The notes beneath the pieces are model-generated. The model did no database searches. It was not told the DNA's origin and saw only the letters and a list, made by a program, of their open reading frames with translations. Positions 29,172 to 38,840 of a stretch of DNA of 64,000 nucleotides are shown in pieces. Each line of letters begins with the position of its first letter. Position 1 is the first letter of the stretch. This stretch comes from Planctomycetota bacterium (lineage in GTDB: Bacteria; Planctomycetota; UBA11346): NCBI GenBank assembly GCA_038231435.1, contig JBBRLJ010000010.1, positions 1 to 64,000 of the forward strand. The letters run 5' to 3'. Both the position numbers and the translations under genes were made by a program.

Positions 29172-30053
29172 TCAGTACTGGTAGTCGCGGGCGATGATGC
29201 GTCCGGAGGCGTCGTAGAAGGCGAGGGCATCGACGGCCTCCTCCAGGGCTTGGTAGTGGGACGCGCGTCCGTCGCGCCAGGCTTTCAAGCCTTCGAGATC
29301 GAGCAGCGGTCTGACGTCGGCGTCCGCATAGGACATTCCCAGCAGCAGCGTGCGGAAATCGGCGAGAGGTCCGCGCGCGAGCGTCGCGCTGTCACCATTG
29401 GCCGTGAGCGCGGTGAAGTTGCAATGATCGTAGGGTTCCGTCCGCGCCAGGACGTGCACCGCTCCTGGTCCAATCAGCCTCTCGTGGGTGAACAGCAGGT
29501 GGTTCGCATCGATGATGCAGGCGGCATCGGCCTCGCCCCGCACCAAGGCTCGTACCGCCTCGCGCTCGCCGCCGATGTGATCGCCATGTTTGCCGACGTG
29601 CAGGTCGAAGCGCTTGACTGCCACATCGCTGCCAGGACGAAGGCCGGCGCGCAGGACCAGGCCGAGCGGGATCAAGGTCGACTGTGGCGAGTCGATGGCG
29701 CCGGTGGCGATGGTCCGACCGCGCAGATCCGCGATCGTCTTCGTGGGTGTGTCGGCGCGCACCAGGATGAGCGAGGTCAGATCCTGGTCGGTGTCACGCA
29801 TGGCGACCGCATGGGCGGTGAGTCCAGAGGCCACGGCCAGGCGACGAGTTCGCACCCACGCGAGCGGAGAATTCCAGGCGACGCCGATGTGGCCAGCCAT
29901 GAGCGCTTCGACCTGCCGCTCGTAGTTGCTGTACAGGACGACGTCGACATCGAGTCCCTTGCGCAGGAACCAGGCCTGGAAGCCCTCCCAGATCGTCACG
30001 ACCTTCGGATCATAGGCGACCGCGCCGAGCACGAGCCGAGCATGCGCGCTCAT
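29172..30053 (-). CDS. PhnD/SsuA-type substrate-binding-fold protein with no signal peptide
   Basis: Y..QVEAL..G.I.VAWNSP..WV, S.ILVRAD.....DLRGR.IA.G..DS.QS...P, AV.AL..G.ADAA. Confidence 0.8.
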   Translation of the reverse strand: MSAHARLVLGAVAYDPKVVTIWEGFQAWFLRKGLDVDVVLYSNYERQVEALMAGHIGVAWNSPLAWVRTRRLAVASGLTAHAVAMRDTDQDLTSLILVRADTPTKTIADLRGRTIATGAIDSPQSTLIPLGLVLRAGLRPGSDVAVKRFDLHVGKHGDHIGGEREAVRALVRGEADAACIIDANHLLFTHERLIGPGAVHVLARTEPYDHCNFTALTANGDSATLARGPLADFRTLLLGMSYADADVRPLLDLEGLKAWRDGRASHYQALEEAVDALAFYDASGRIIARDYQY

Positions 30054-30119
30054 GGACGCCGGTGTCCTCTGTTCCGCGACACCAAGCTCACTGGCGATGT
30101 TCTCATGGCATGGTCCAGG

Positions 30120-31259
30120 TCAGAACAAGGGCAGTCCGCAGACCGCCTTGCCGATGAAGTCAGACAGGGCGTCGGATGTGGGTGCCATCACCGCCGCGGC
30201 GCGCGCGTCCCGGAACAGGCGTTCGATTGGCGATTCGCGGCGGAATGCAGCGCCGCCACAGATGCGCATGCCCAGATCGGTGACCTCGAGCGCGGCTTCC
30301 GACGCCGCGAACTTCACTTCGAGCACACGCAGCATGGTGTCGGCGCGATTGCTGGAGATGGCGGCGATGGTGTCGAGCCACAGTGCTCTAGCCATGTCGG
30401 CGCGCACGCGCATATACGCGATCTTGGCGCGCGGTACCGGTTGTTCAGCGACGGTCTGGCCGAGGTGTTCGAAGCGCGTCCGCGCCATGTGGTCGGCCGT
30501 CGCGGTCACCGCGGCATTCATCAAGCCGATGGACATCGCGCTATTGAGGACCTGGAACCACGGCAGCACCACGCCCATCATGATGTTGAAGCCGTCGCCG
30601 TCCTTGCCGAGCATCGAGCTCTGCGGCACCATCACGCTGGTGGCGGTGATCGGCGAGGAGTCGTTGCCGCGCAGGCCGATCCCGTCGAAGGCTTTACTGC
30701 TGCTCAGCCCTGGAGAACCTTTCGGCACCAGCCATAAGGTGCTGGCACCGGCGGATGCTAGCGGCTTGCTCGACCAGACGTACGAATCCGCCTCGCCGGC
30801 GGCGGTGACCCACGACTTCATCGCATCGAGACGCACGCTCGCGCTCGCGGTGGAGGTGGCGGTCGCGGTGGAGAGGGGCGCCCAGAACATCGAGCGCGAT
30901 CCGCTCTCCGAGAAGGCGAGGGTGGAGAGATGCTTACCCGACGCGATCGCCTCGCGCAGGGGTTTCGATCCGTGGGTTTCGATCACCGCGGTCGCTGAAT
31001 AGTGCATGCACATGATCATCGCGGTCGAGCCGCAGGCTTGCCCCAAGCGCTCGACCACCTGCGCCGCATCGGCGAGCGTACCGCCGGTGCCGCCCACATC
31101 ACGGGAGCTGATCAGTCCGAGAAGGCCGGCCTTGGCCAGGGCATCGATGGATTGCCTGGGAAACGTTCCAGCCCTATCCACGCTCCCGGCAGCCGGAGCG
31201 ATGACCGAGACGATCACGGCGTCGAGGATCGCGAGGTCGAAGGAGACGATGGCTGTCAT
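30120..31259 (-). CDS. Acyl-CoA dehydrogenase family flavoprotein
   Basis: GLLGL....GG.G, CGSTAMIMCMH, LAFSE.GS, KSWVT, GIGLRGNDS, GG.AF....IERLFRDARA. Confidence 0.9.
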   Translation of the reverse strand: MTAIVSFDLAILDAVIVSVIAPAAGSVDRAGTFPRQSIDALAKAGLLGLISSRDVGGTGGTLADAAQVVERLGQACGSTAMIMCMHYSATAVIETHGSKPLREAIASGKHLSTLAFSESGSRSMFWAPLSTATATSTASASVRLDAMKSWVTAAGEADSYVWSSKPLASAGASTLWLVPKGSPGLSSSKAFDGIGLRGNDSSPITATSVMVPQSSMLGKDGDGFNIMMGVVLPWFQVLNSAMSIGLMNAAVTATADHMARTRFEHLGQTVAEQPVPRAKIAYMRVRADMARALWLDTIAAISSNRADTMLRVLEVKFAASEAALEVTDLGMRICGGAAFRRESPIERLFRDARAAAVMAPTSDALSDFIGKAVCGLPLF

Positions 31260-31458
31260 GGTGGACTCGTGAGCTGTGACATCTGGCGTTTTTCGTGCTT
31301 GTGGCATGAGCCACAAGGGCACGAGTGCGTGACAGTATGGGTTACATACCAGCCCGTGTCTAGCGCACCCATCATGAGCTGAACGAGCATTCTTGGCCAG
31401 AGCGTCACCACGTTGGGAAACAGGTGATTGCGCCTTGATCCATCGACCCGCAATGGAA

Positions 31459-32715
31459 TCAGGTCTGCGCGACTGTCCGGTGGCTCGATCTCCGCTTCGC
31501 GATCTCATCGACCACATGCTCGGCGAACGGCATCGAGCAGGTCCAGGCCGGCGACACCGCGTTGAGCACGTGCAGGGAGCGGGCGTCGCCCTCGATCAGG
31601 AAATCCATCACCAGCGTGCGCGTGCGCAGGTCGAGCAGCTGCGCGCGGATGCCGGGCTTGCCCCAGCGCCGGTAGTCGGAGCGGTCGACGCCGCCGATCA
31701 GCTTGGCCGCCTGGCCAACCAGGTATGAGCGCGAGAACTTCTTCAGCTCTTGTACCGCCAGGCCGCGGAAATCGAAACCCGCGTGCACCATCAGTCCGGC
31801 CTCGCGGGTCACGACCTCGATGAACTCACCCAGATCGAAGCGGCCGAAACCGTGGTAATTCTCTCGCCAGAAGGCGGGGATCGCGGTCGGGCCGATCTTG
31901 ACGTGGCCATCGACCGTGACCGTGTAATGGACCCCCAGGAAAGGATACTTCAGGTCGGGCACCGGATAGATGTGCGTGCGCAGCCCGCCTGGCTGCTCAT
32001 CCGAATACAGGTAGAGGCCTTTGAACGGCAGGATGGTGTGGTGCTGGCAGAAGCCGAAATCCCGGGCGATGCGGTCAGCGTGCAGCCCGCCCGCGTTCAC
32101 CACGCAGCCGGCCTCGATGGTGCCGGTCGTGGTTCGTACCCGCGCCGCAGCGGCGGGATCCGCGGGTAGAGTCGCGCCCAGATACGCGCAACCGCGGCGG
32201 ACCTCGACTCCCGCTGCTGCGGCGTCGGACGCGAGGCTGTTGATGACCGCGACCGGATCCGCCGAAGCCGTGGTAGGTGACCATAGCGCGCGCTGGCAGG
32301 TCTTCACCCGCGGCTCGATGCGGCGGGCGTCGGCCTCGTCGATCATTTCGAGCTTCACGTGGTTGGCGCGGGCGCGGCGCAGCAGCTCATCGAGACCGGC
32401 GAGTTCGCGCTCGTCCTTCGCCACCACCAGCTTGCCGCACTCGTTCAGAGGCAATCCGCGCTCGCGGCAGTAGGCGCGCAGGCGGCGGTTGCCATCGCGG
32501 CAGAAGCGCGCCTTCATGCTGTCGGCTGAATAGTAGAATCCGGCGTGGATGACCCCGCTGTTGCGGCCGCTGGCGTGCCGGCCGCAATCCGGTTCCTTCT
32601 CGAGCAGGGTCACGCGTGCGCGGGGCTCGCGTCGCTTCAGCTCGATCGCCACGGTCACGCCCACGATTCCGCCGCCGATGATCAGGTAGTCGGTGACGAG
32701 GGGGCCAGCGCTCAT
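31459..32715 (-). CDS. lhgO: L-2-hydroxyglutarate oxidase
   Basis: IIGGGIVG, HASGRNSGVIHAG.YY...SMKA, CGKLVVA, IYPVPD...PFLGVH.T, GIRAQ, HVLNAVSPAWTCS. Confidence 0.88.
   Translation of the reverse strand: MSAGPLVTDYLIIGGGIVGVTVAIELKRREPRARVTLLEKEPDCGRHASGRNSGVIHAGFYYSADSMKARFCRDGNRRLRAYCRERGLPLNECGKLVVAKDERELAGLDELLRRARANHVKLEMIDEADARRIEPRVKTCQRALWSPTTASADPVAVINSLASDAAAAGVEVRRGCAYLGATLPADPAAAARVRTTTGTIEAGCVVNAGGLHADRIARDFGFCQHHTILPFKGLYLYSDEQPGGLRTHIYPVPDLKYPFLGVHYTVTVDGHVKIGPTAIPAFWRENYHGFGRFDLGEFIEVVTREAGLMVHAGFDFRGLAVQELKKFSRSYLVGQAAKLIGGVDRSDYRRWGKPGIRAQLLDLRTRTLVMDFLIEGDARSLHVLNAVSPAWTCSMPFAEHVVDEIAKRRSSHRTVAQT
31495..31621. repeat. 127-bp imperfect direct repeat, copy 2, within the lhgO 3' end
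   Basis: Aligns without gaps to 20902-21028. Confidence 0.93.
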
Positions 32716-32948
32716 GCGCGTAGCGTACGGCTGCGCGAGGATGCCGCCACGGTGTGGCAGGCGATCGCCAGGGTGATCGAGCAGCCTCGAGGGTGTGGCA
32801 AGGAGGGTGGCTCGGATAGTCTGTGGCCGTGGGGGCAGGGAACTGGTCTTCGGGTGACCTGGCCTTGGAGTACCTGTGGAATACGCGGATTCGACATTTC
32901 TGAGGCAAACGGCGCCGCGGTGGAATCTCCCTGGCTGGAGACCACCTG

Positions 32949-33371
32949 ATGGACGCCTGCATGCCCATGGATGATCGCCCCGCGCCCGCCGCGTCTTCGA
33001 CGCGTTCATCGTCGGATGCCGCAGCGGATGCCGCCGCGTCGCTAGATGAGAGCGGCCGGGACCTCGTGCTCTTGGATGCCTTTCGGCGCTCTGGCGATCG
33101 TGACGCCATGGATCGCCTGCTCTCGAGACATGATGCTGACGCCTACCGCCTCGCGCGGCGGCTCACCGGCAATGCCGCCGACGCCGAGGATGACTTGCAG
33201 GAGGCGTGCATCTGCTGCATGGCACATGCCAAGAGCTTTCGCGGAGACGGCGCTGTGCGGTTGTGGGTCCTGGCGATCGTGGCGAACGCCGCTCGCCATC
33301 ACCCGCACCATCACCATTCGACTTCTAGCTGCCTGACGTCGCCTGCCCGCCTTGCGGGGATGGCATCGTGA
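32949..33371 (+). pseudogene. Truncated ECF sigma-70 factor (region 2 only)
   Basis: GDRDAMDRLLSRH...AYRLARRLTGNAADAEDDLQE..SFRGDG.VR.WVL.IVANAAR. Homology stops at about 33300 and region 4 is missing. Confidence 0.75.
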
Positions 33372-34548
33372 ACAGATCCGATGTGACGATCGCCCCCCGA
33401 GCATCGCTCAGCGAGATGAATGCCTGTCTGGATCCGTTTGGAATCGTCGCCGAGATCGTACCCGACTCGCCGTTCGCCAGAGGCTGGTGCGGCAGGGGGG
33501 ACGTGATCCAGCGACGTTCACGCCAATCGCCGTGGTCCGCGGTGGACACCAGCGACGCGCCCACGATCGCGACATCCGATCGGTGGGACACGGTGAGGCG
33601 ATCTCCGCGAAGATCCGCCCCGATGATGCGCGCGAGGCCCGGACGACCACGCAGGTGCTCCTCGGCCATCAGCCAGATCTCGTCGGGATGGACGGAATCG
33701 CCATCGGCATGCACCAACTCGGTCCGCAATGACATGATGCGGGGCCCGGAACCCAGCCGCGCGGAGCGCATCCACGCATCCACCGGGAACGCCGGATCGT
33801 GCACGCCGTTGATCCACAGCATGGGCAGCGCTGCGCGAGTCAGGTGGACGGACGGATCCCAGCGCTCGTTCCAGGCGCTCGTGGCGGATCCGAGCTGTGC
33901 GAATCCCGAGGCGAAGAACGGCGACTCGGCGAGGGAGCCGCAGCCGTAGACTGGCGCCGCGAAGCGGAATCGCCGGTCGACCGAGGCTGCGATGCAGGTG
34001 AGGTATCCGCCCCACGAGTTTCCGGTGATGCCGATGCGCTCTGGATCGATCTCCGGCATGGAGCGCAGCAGCGAATGGGCGAGGACGATCGCCGCCACCG
34101 CGTGGTAGGTCCAGTGGTCGCGCGGTGGCTCGGACATCTGATCGAAGCCGCCCCATCCAGGTGGTCCACCGAGGTCATGTCGAGGCCGCTGGGCGAACTC
34201 CCCGCCCGGGACGCAGCCGCAGGTATCCATGGCGATGGCCGCGTAACCGCGCGCGTTCCACCACCGCACCCATGACGCGAAGGCGGTGCCGCCACCGCCA
34301 TGCACCAGTACCATCGCCGGCGCCGGACGCGCCCCTGGCTCGGGCAGTCCGAGCCAGGCGAACACCCGCGTGTTCCGCCCGCGCCAGGCTTCGCCGCGAT
34401 ACCACAGACCCGTCACATCCCCATCGGCGAAGCCATCGGCAGGGAAGCGTTCAGGAGGGGAGCCGAGGGCGCGCACATCCCTGATGTTGAGTTGCCCAGT
34501 GTCGAGAGGCCACATGGCGAGAGCCTCCGATCTGGTCCACCAGCGCAC
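33325..34548 (-). CDS. Alpha/beta hydrolase (acetylxylan esterase / dienelactone hydrolase-like)
   Basis: VLVHGGGG, RIGITGNSWGGY (nucleophile elbow), PVYGCG, DP. Start may be 34515. Confidence 0.85.
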   Translation of the reverse strand: MRWWTRSEALAMWPLDTGQLNIRDVRALGSPPERFPADGFADGDVTGLWYRGEAWRGRNTRVFAWLGLPEPGARPAPAMVLVHGGGGTAFASWVRWWNARGYAAIAMDTCGCVPGGEFAQRPRHDLGGPPGWGGFDQMSEPPRDHWTYHAVAAIVLAHSLLRSMPEIDPERIGITGNSWGGYLTCIAASVDRRFRFAAPVYGCGSLAESPFFASGFAQLGSATSAWNERWDPSVHLTRAALPMLWINGVHDPAFPVDAWMRSARLGSGPRIMSLRTELVHADGDSVHPDEIWLMAEEHLRGRPGLARIIGADLRGDRLTVSHRSDVAIVGASLVSTADHGDWRERRWITSPLPHQPLANGESGTISATIPNGSRQAFISLSDARGAIVTSDLFTMPSPQGGQATSGS

Positions 34549-34599
34549 CGGCAGGATGTTCTTCTTTCGACGCGAAGCGCCGGAAAAGTGAGCCTGCGA

Positions 34600-34869
34600 T
34601 CAGAGCGCCTGCTTCTTGCGGAAATGCCGCGTCGACACCTCCATCAGGCGGCGCTTCTCCTCGAGAAAGTTCTCGATCGCGGTGTCGCGTGCCTGCGCCG
34701 CGGCCATGCCGCTGGCGCGCAGCGAAGTGGCCGCGGAACGAATGGCGTCGATCGCCGCGGTCCCGAATTTCTGGCGGATGTAGACCTCGCGCGGGTCGCG
34801 CATGGCGCGCAACGCCAGGACGCCGCAGAGGACGGCGATCGAGGCCATGATGAGGACGAGCCACCACAC
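34600..34869 (-). CDS. Small membrane-anchored hypothetical protein
   Basis: N-terminal TM segment and plausible codon usage; it fills the gap between neighbouring genes. Confidence 0.6.
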   Translation of the reverse strand: MWWLVLIMASIAVLCGVLALRAMRDPREVYIRQKFGTAAIDAIRSAATSLRASGMAAAQARDTAIENFLEEKRRLMEVSTRHFRKKQAL

Positions 34870-34971
34870 GGAGGCGATTAGAGCGTGCGCGCGGGGACCG
34901 CAACAGCGCGCCGCTCCTGGATAGAGCTCAGGACGGCCACTGGATGACCAGCGGGCGGTCGGTGCGAGGTG

Positions 34972-35979
34972 CTACTTGCGCCAGAACTCGTGGTGCGGGT
35001 AGCGGTAGGTGGACAGCTCCTCGCCGACCGCGAGCGCCGGCGAGGCGAACTCCGCCTCGGGACGGTAGACGAAGGGTTGCTCGCCGCGCGCGTACGCGGC
35101 CTGGGCGCGGTGGTGCTGACAGGCCAGCAGCACCTTCTGCTTGAGCGGGATGTACGCGGGGATGTGCGGGCCCATCGTGCGCTCGATCTGGCCGCGCCGG
35201 AATTCGTAATAGAGCACGCGCCGTAGCTTGCCGTTGGTCGTGGGCGGCGAACCGTGCAAGGCGAGGATGTTGTGGAAGATCACGTCACCCGGGTTCATGG
35301 TGATTGGCAGCGCGCCGTGGCTGGTTTTGAATCCGCCGGCGTTCAGGTCGGTGATCGTCTGGTTGGCGCGCTCGGCGCTCCAGCGATTCGAGCCGAGGAT
35401 GCCCCACACGCAATTGCTGGTGTCGGCGCGATCCAGGTAGAAGTCGACGTTGAAGATGGGGAATGTGTAGTCCGATCCGTCGGTGGTGTCGACGTTGTCG
35501 GTGCCGGAATCGCGATGCCAGGGGATGGCCACACCCGAGCCGCCGTTCTTGAACACCATGCTGTCCCAGGTCGGAACGAAGCTACGGCCCTGAAGCTTCT
35601 CGACCGAGCGCAGGATGAAGGGATGTCCGAGCAGCGCCTTGCAGGCGGGCCCCTTGTCGATCACGTATTCGACGCGGAAGGGCGTGCGCTCGCCGGTGAG
35701 CTCGTGGTCCTTGTACATGTAGTCGGGATGATCGACGCCACGGTTGGCGTTGTCGATGTAGACCTGGGTCTCGTGCTGGATCGCGGCGAGCTCGGCGCCG
35801 CGCACGACGTTGCGGATCACCAGCAGCCCATTGTCGCGCATGAACGCGGCCTGCTCGTCGGTGATGCCGTCCTGCGTGGCCGCATCGATGTGGGGAAAGG
35901 CAGCCGCGGCAGCGGCGAGCGCGCGGGCCAGCTCGGGGGTGGACGATGGGGCGGTGGCGGTGCTCATGACCGCCAGCAT
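34972..35979 (-). CDS. Phytanoyl-CoA dioxygenase (PhyH) family protein
   Basis: Motifs WHRD, GDVIFHN...LHGS, R.VLY.EFR. Confidence 0.88.
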   Translation of the reverse strand: MLAVMSTATAPSSTPELARALAAAAAAFPHIDAATQDGITDEQAAFMRDNGLLVIRNVVRGAELAAIQHETQVYIDNANRGVDHPDYMYKDHELTGERTPFRVEYVIDKGPACKALLGHPFILRSVEKLQGRSFVPTWDSMVFKNGGSGVAIPWHRDSGTDNVDTTDGSDYTFPIFNVDFYLDRADTSNCVWGILGSNRWSAERANQTITDLNAGGFKTSHGALPITMNPGDVIFHNILALHGSPPTTNGKLRRVLYYEFRRGQIERTMGPHIPAYIPLKQKVLLACQHHRAQAAYARGEQPFVYRPEAEFASPALAVGEELSTYRYPHHEFWRK

Positions 35980-36094
35980 GGCCGTCGGGGGCCACGGATC
36001 TTCCCGGGGGGCGGGTCGAGTTTCTCGAATACTAAGGTCGCACCGCCCGTCGTCCGTGGCTGCCCTGCTGTCGCCGATGGGCGACGGACGTCCG

Positions 36095-37618
36095 TCAGAC
36101 CGTGAACGTCACGCCCTGCGCGAGCGGCAGCTCTCCGGAATAGTTGATCGTGTTGGTGGTGCGGCGCATGTACGACTTCCACGCGTCGGAACCGGATTCG
36201 CGGCCGCCGCCGGTCTGCTTCTCGCCGCCAAAGGCGCCGCCAATCTCGGCGCCCGAGGTGCCGATGTTGACGTTGGCGATGCCGCAGTCGGAGCCGGACG
36301 ATGCCATGAAGCGCTCAGCCTCGCCGACATCGCGGGTGAAGATCGCTGACGACAGGCCCTGGGGCACGCCGTTGTTGATGGCGATGGCCTCGTCGACGCG
36401 GTCGTAGGGCAGGATGTAGAGGATCGGCGCGAAGGTCTCCTCCTGCACGATCGCGGCATTGGCCTCGATCTCGACCAGCGCCGGGCGCACGTAAGCGCCG
36501 CCGCCCGGCCCGACGACCGTTTCGCCACCGTGGACCACGCCGCCCTGGCGGCGCGCGGCGTCGAGCGCGGCGCGCATCGCGGCGGCGGAGCCGTCGTCGA
36601 TCAGCGGGCCCACCAAGACTCCGGGAGCGCGCGGATCGCCGATCGGCAGTGTGGCGTAGACCGTCTTCAGCCGCGCGACCAGGCTGGCGCGCAGCGAGCG
36701 GTGCACGATCAGACGGCGCAGGCTGGTGCAGCGCTGTCCGCAGGTGCCCACCGCCGAGAACACGATCGCGCGCGTCGCGAGCTCGAGATCGGCGGAGGGG
36801 GCGACGATCATGGCGTTGTTGCCGCCCAGCTCGAGTAAGGTGCGTCCGAGCCGCTTCGCCACCGTCGCCGCCACCGCCTGGCCCATGCGCACCGAGCCGG
36901 TGGCCGACAGCAGCGGGATCCGGGGCGATTCCGCCAGGCGGTTGCCGATCTCGCGTCCGCCGACCACCAGGCTGACGAGGCCCGGCGGCATGTCGGGCAG
37001 GTCTGCGATCACCTCGCACACCAGACGGTGCGCGGCGATCGCGCACAGCGAGGCCTTCTCGGAGGGTTTCCAGATCACCGGATCGCCGCAGACCAGGCCG
37101 ACCATCGCGTTCCACGCCCACACGGCCATCGGGAAGTTGAAGGCGGTGATGACGCCGATCGGTCCGAGCGGATGCCACTGCTCCATCATGCGGTGCCCGG
37201 GTCGCTCGCTGGCGATGGTGAGGCCGTGCAGCTGGCGCGACAGGCCGACCGCGAACTCGCAGATGTCGATCCATTCCTGGATCTCACCGAGCGCCTCCTG
37301 CGGGATCTTGCCGACCTCGAGCGTGATCAGCGGTGCGAGCTCGGACTTGCGTGCACGCACGCGCTCGCCGATGCGCCGCACCAGCTCTCCGCGTTTCGGT
37401 GCCGGCACGTTGCGCCAGGCGGCGAAGGCGGTCTCGGACGCGGCGATGGCGGCGTCGACTTCGTCGATCGACGCCGAGCGGATGCTGGCGATGCGCGCGC
37501 CGTCGATCGGCGAGCGCGCGGGCATCACCGGTCCGCGGCCCGCGCGCCAATCGCCGCCGATCGCGACGCCGCTGGCATCGGGCGAGATCGACAGCCGGGC
37601 CAGCACGTCGGCGCTCAT
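36095..37618 (-). CDS. amaB: Alpha-aminoadipic semialdehyde / piperideine-6-carboxylate dehydrogenase (ALDH7 type)
   Basis: PAPKRGE, FAVGLSRQLHGLTIASERPGH, AFNFP.AVW.WN, LELGGNNA, GQRCT, NIGTSGAEIGGAFGGEK.TGGGRESGSDAWK.YMRR.T.TINYS..LPLAQG. Confidence 0.9.
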   Translation of the reverse strand: MSADVLARLSISPDASGVAIGGDWRAGRGPVMPARSPIDGARIASIRSASIDEVDAAIAASETAFAAWRNVPAPKRGELVRRIGERVRARKSELAPLITLEVGKIPQEALGEIQEWIDICEFAVGLSRQLHGLTIASERPGHRMMEQWHPLGPIGVITAFNFPMAVWAWNAMVGLVCGDPVIWKPSEKASLCAIAAHRLVCEVIADLPDMPPGLVSLVVGGREIGNRLAESPRIPLLSATGSVRMGQAVAATVAKRLGRTLLELGGNNAMIVAPSADLELATRAIVFSAVGTCGQRCTSLRRLIVHRSLRASLVARLKTVYATLPIGDPRAPGVLVGPLIDDGSAAAMRAALDAARRQGGVVHGGETVVGPGGGAYVRPALVEIEANAAIVQEETFAPILYILPYDRVDEAIAINNGVPQGLSSAIFTRDVGEAERFMASSGSDCGIANVNIGTSGAEIGGAFGGEKQTGGGRESGSDAWKSYMRRTTNTINYSGELPLAQGVTFTV

Positions 37619-38781
37619 CGCTTGGCCTCGTGCCTGCCGGTGCCGGGCAGGTTGCTCTCCACCGGTCGGGATACGCCGGGAAGCGACAGCGATTGCGCGT
37701 GCTTGTCATAGGCGCGACCGAAGCGGTTGGCGAGGAACACGTCGAGCGCGACCTGCTCCTGGCGCACGAATCCCTGGGTGGGCAGACCGCCCGCGAGATG
37801 CAGGTCGACGACCGCGCAGATGCCCGATGCGGTGGTGATCTGGATCGCGCTCCATGGTTCGCCGAAGAGCTCGGCGTGGTAGATCTTGCGCGCGTCGGTG
37901 AGCTGGGTCAGGTAGCCGCCCTTCCATCCGGTGACGGTGCAGAACACCAGCACCACGTCCTGCGAGGTGATCGGCACCGCGTGCTCGAGGATGTCCTTGA
38001 GGATGTGGCGGCGCGAGGACAGCCGCAGCTCGTTGACCAGGAAGGCGACCAGGTCGCGGTGGCCGCGATAGCGCACGGTCTTGTAGTCGAGGTTGCGCGC
38101 CTTGCCCGCAAGCGTCTCCCACAGCGTGCCGAGTCCGCCCGAGGTGTTGAACGCCTCGTAGTCGACGCCGTCGAGCGAGAAGTGCTCGAGGCCTTCGAGC
38201 GGCAGCACCTCGAGGCGCGAGCCCTCGTGGATGACCTCGCAGGGATTGCAGTATTCGTTGATCAGGCCGTCGGTGGACCAGGTGAGGTTGTACTTGAACT
38301 CGTTGGTGGGGAACTGCGGCAGCGCGCCCACGCGCAGGCGTACCTCGTCGAGCTTGTCGAAGCGCTTGGTCAGGTGGTGGCCGGCTATGGCGATGAAGCC
38401 GGGGGCGAGCCCGCACTGCGGCATGAACACCTGGCCGGGCTTGGCCCGCTTCGAGACCTCGAGCACCGCGCGGGTGGTTGCGACGTCCTCGGTGAGGTCG
38501 AAGTAGCTCACGCCCGAGGCGAGCGCGGCGTTGGCGATGCCGGGGTTGACCGCGAACGAGCAGGCGGAGATGACCAGGCGCTTGCCGGCCATGGCCTTCA
38601 CCAGCGCCTCCTGGCTTGCCACGTCGAGCTGCTGGGTGGTGACGCGATCGATGCCAGCGAGGCGTTTCAACGCGGTCTGGTCGATGTCGCCGACGGTGAT
38701 CCGGTAGTCGCCGCAGGAGGACAGCAGCTTGGCGATGGCCCTGCCGATCTTGCCGGCTCCGAGCAACAGGACGTCGTGCAT
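37615..38781 (-). CDS. Saccharopine dehydrogenase / lysine 6-dehydrogenase family protein
   Basis: LLGAGKIG, YFDLTED, PQCGLAPG, VGALP, YNLTWSTDGLINEY, YEAFNTSGG, YKTVRY.GH. AGGAG RBS before ATG 38781. Confidence 0.9.
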   Translation of the reverse strand: MHDVLLLGAGKIGRAIAKLLSSCGDYRITVGDIDQTALKRLAGIDRVTTQQLDVASQEALVKAMAGKRLVISACSFAVNPGIANAALASGVSYFDLTEDVATTRAVLEVSKRAKPGQVFMPQCGLAPGFIAIAGHHLTKRFDKLDEVRLRVGALPQFPTNEFKYNLTWSTDGLINEYCNPCEVIHEGSRLEVLPLEGLEHFSLDGVDYEAFNTSGGLGTLWETLAGKARNLDYKTVRYRGHRDLVAFLVNELRLSSRRHILKDILEHAVPITSQDVVLVFCTVTGWKGGYLTQLTDARKIYHAELFGEPWSAIQITTASGICAVVDLHLAGGLPTQGFVRQEQVALDVFLANRFGRAYDKHAQSLSLPGVSRPVESNLPGTGRHEAKR

Positions 38782-38840
38782 GAGATCTCCTGACGGCTCG
38801 CGAGTGGGGCTCTGGGGTAGGAAATGGCGGACTTCGAAGG

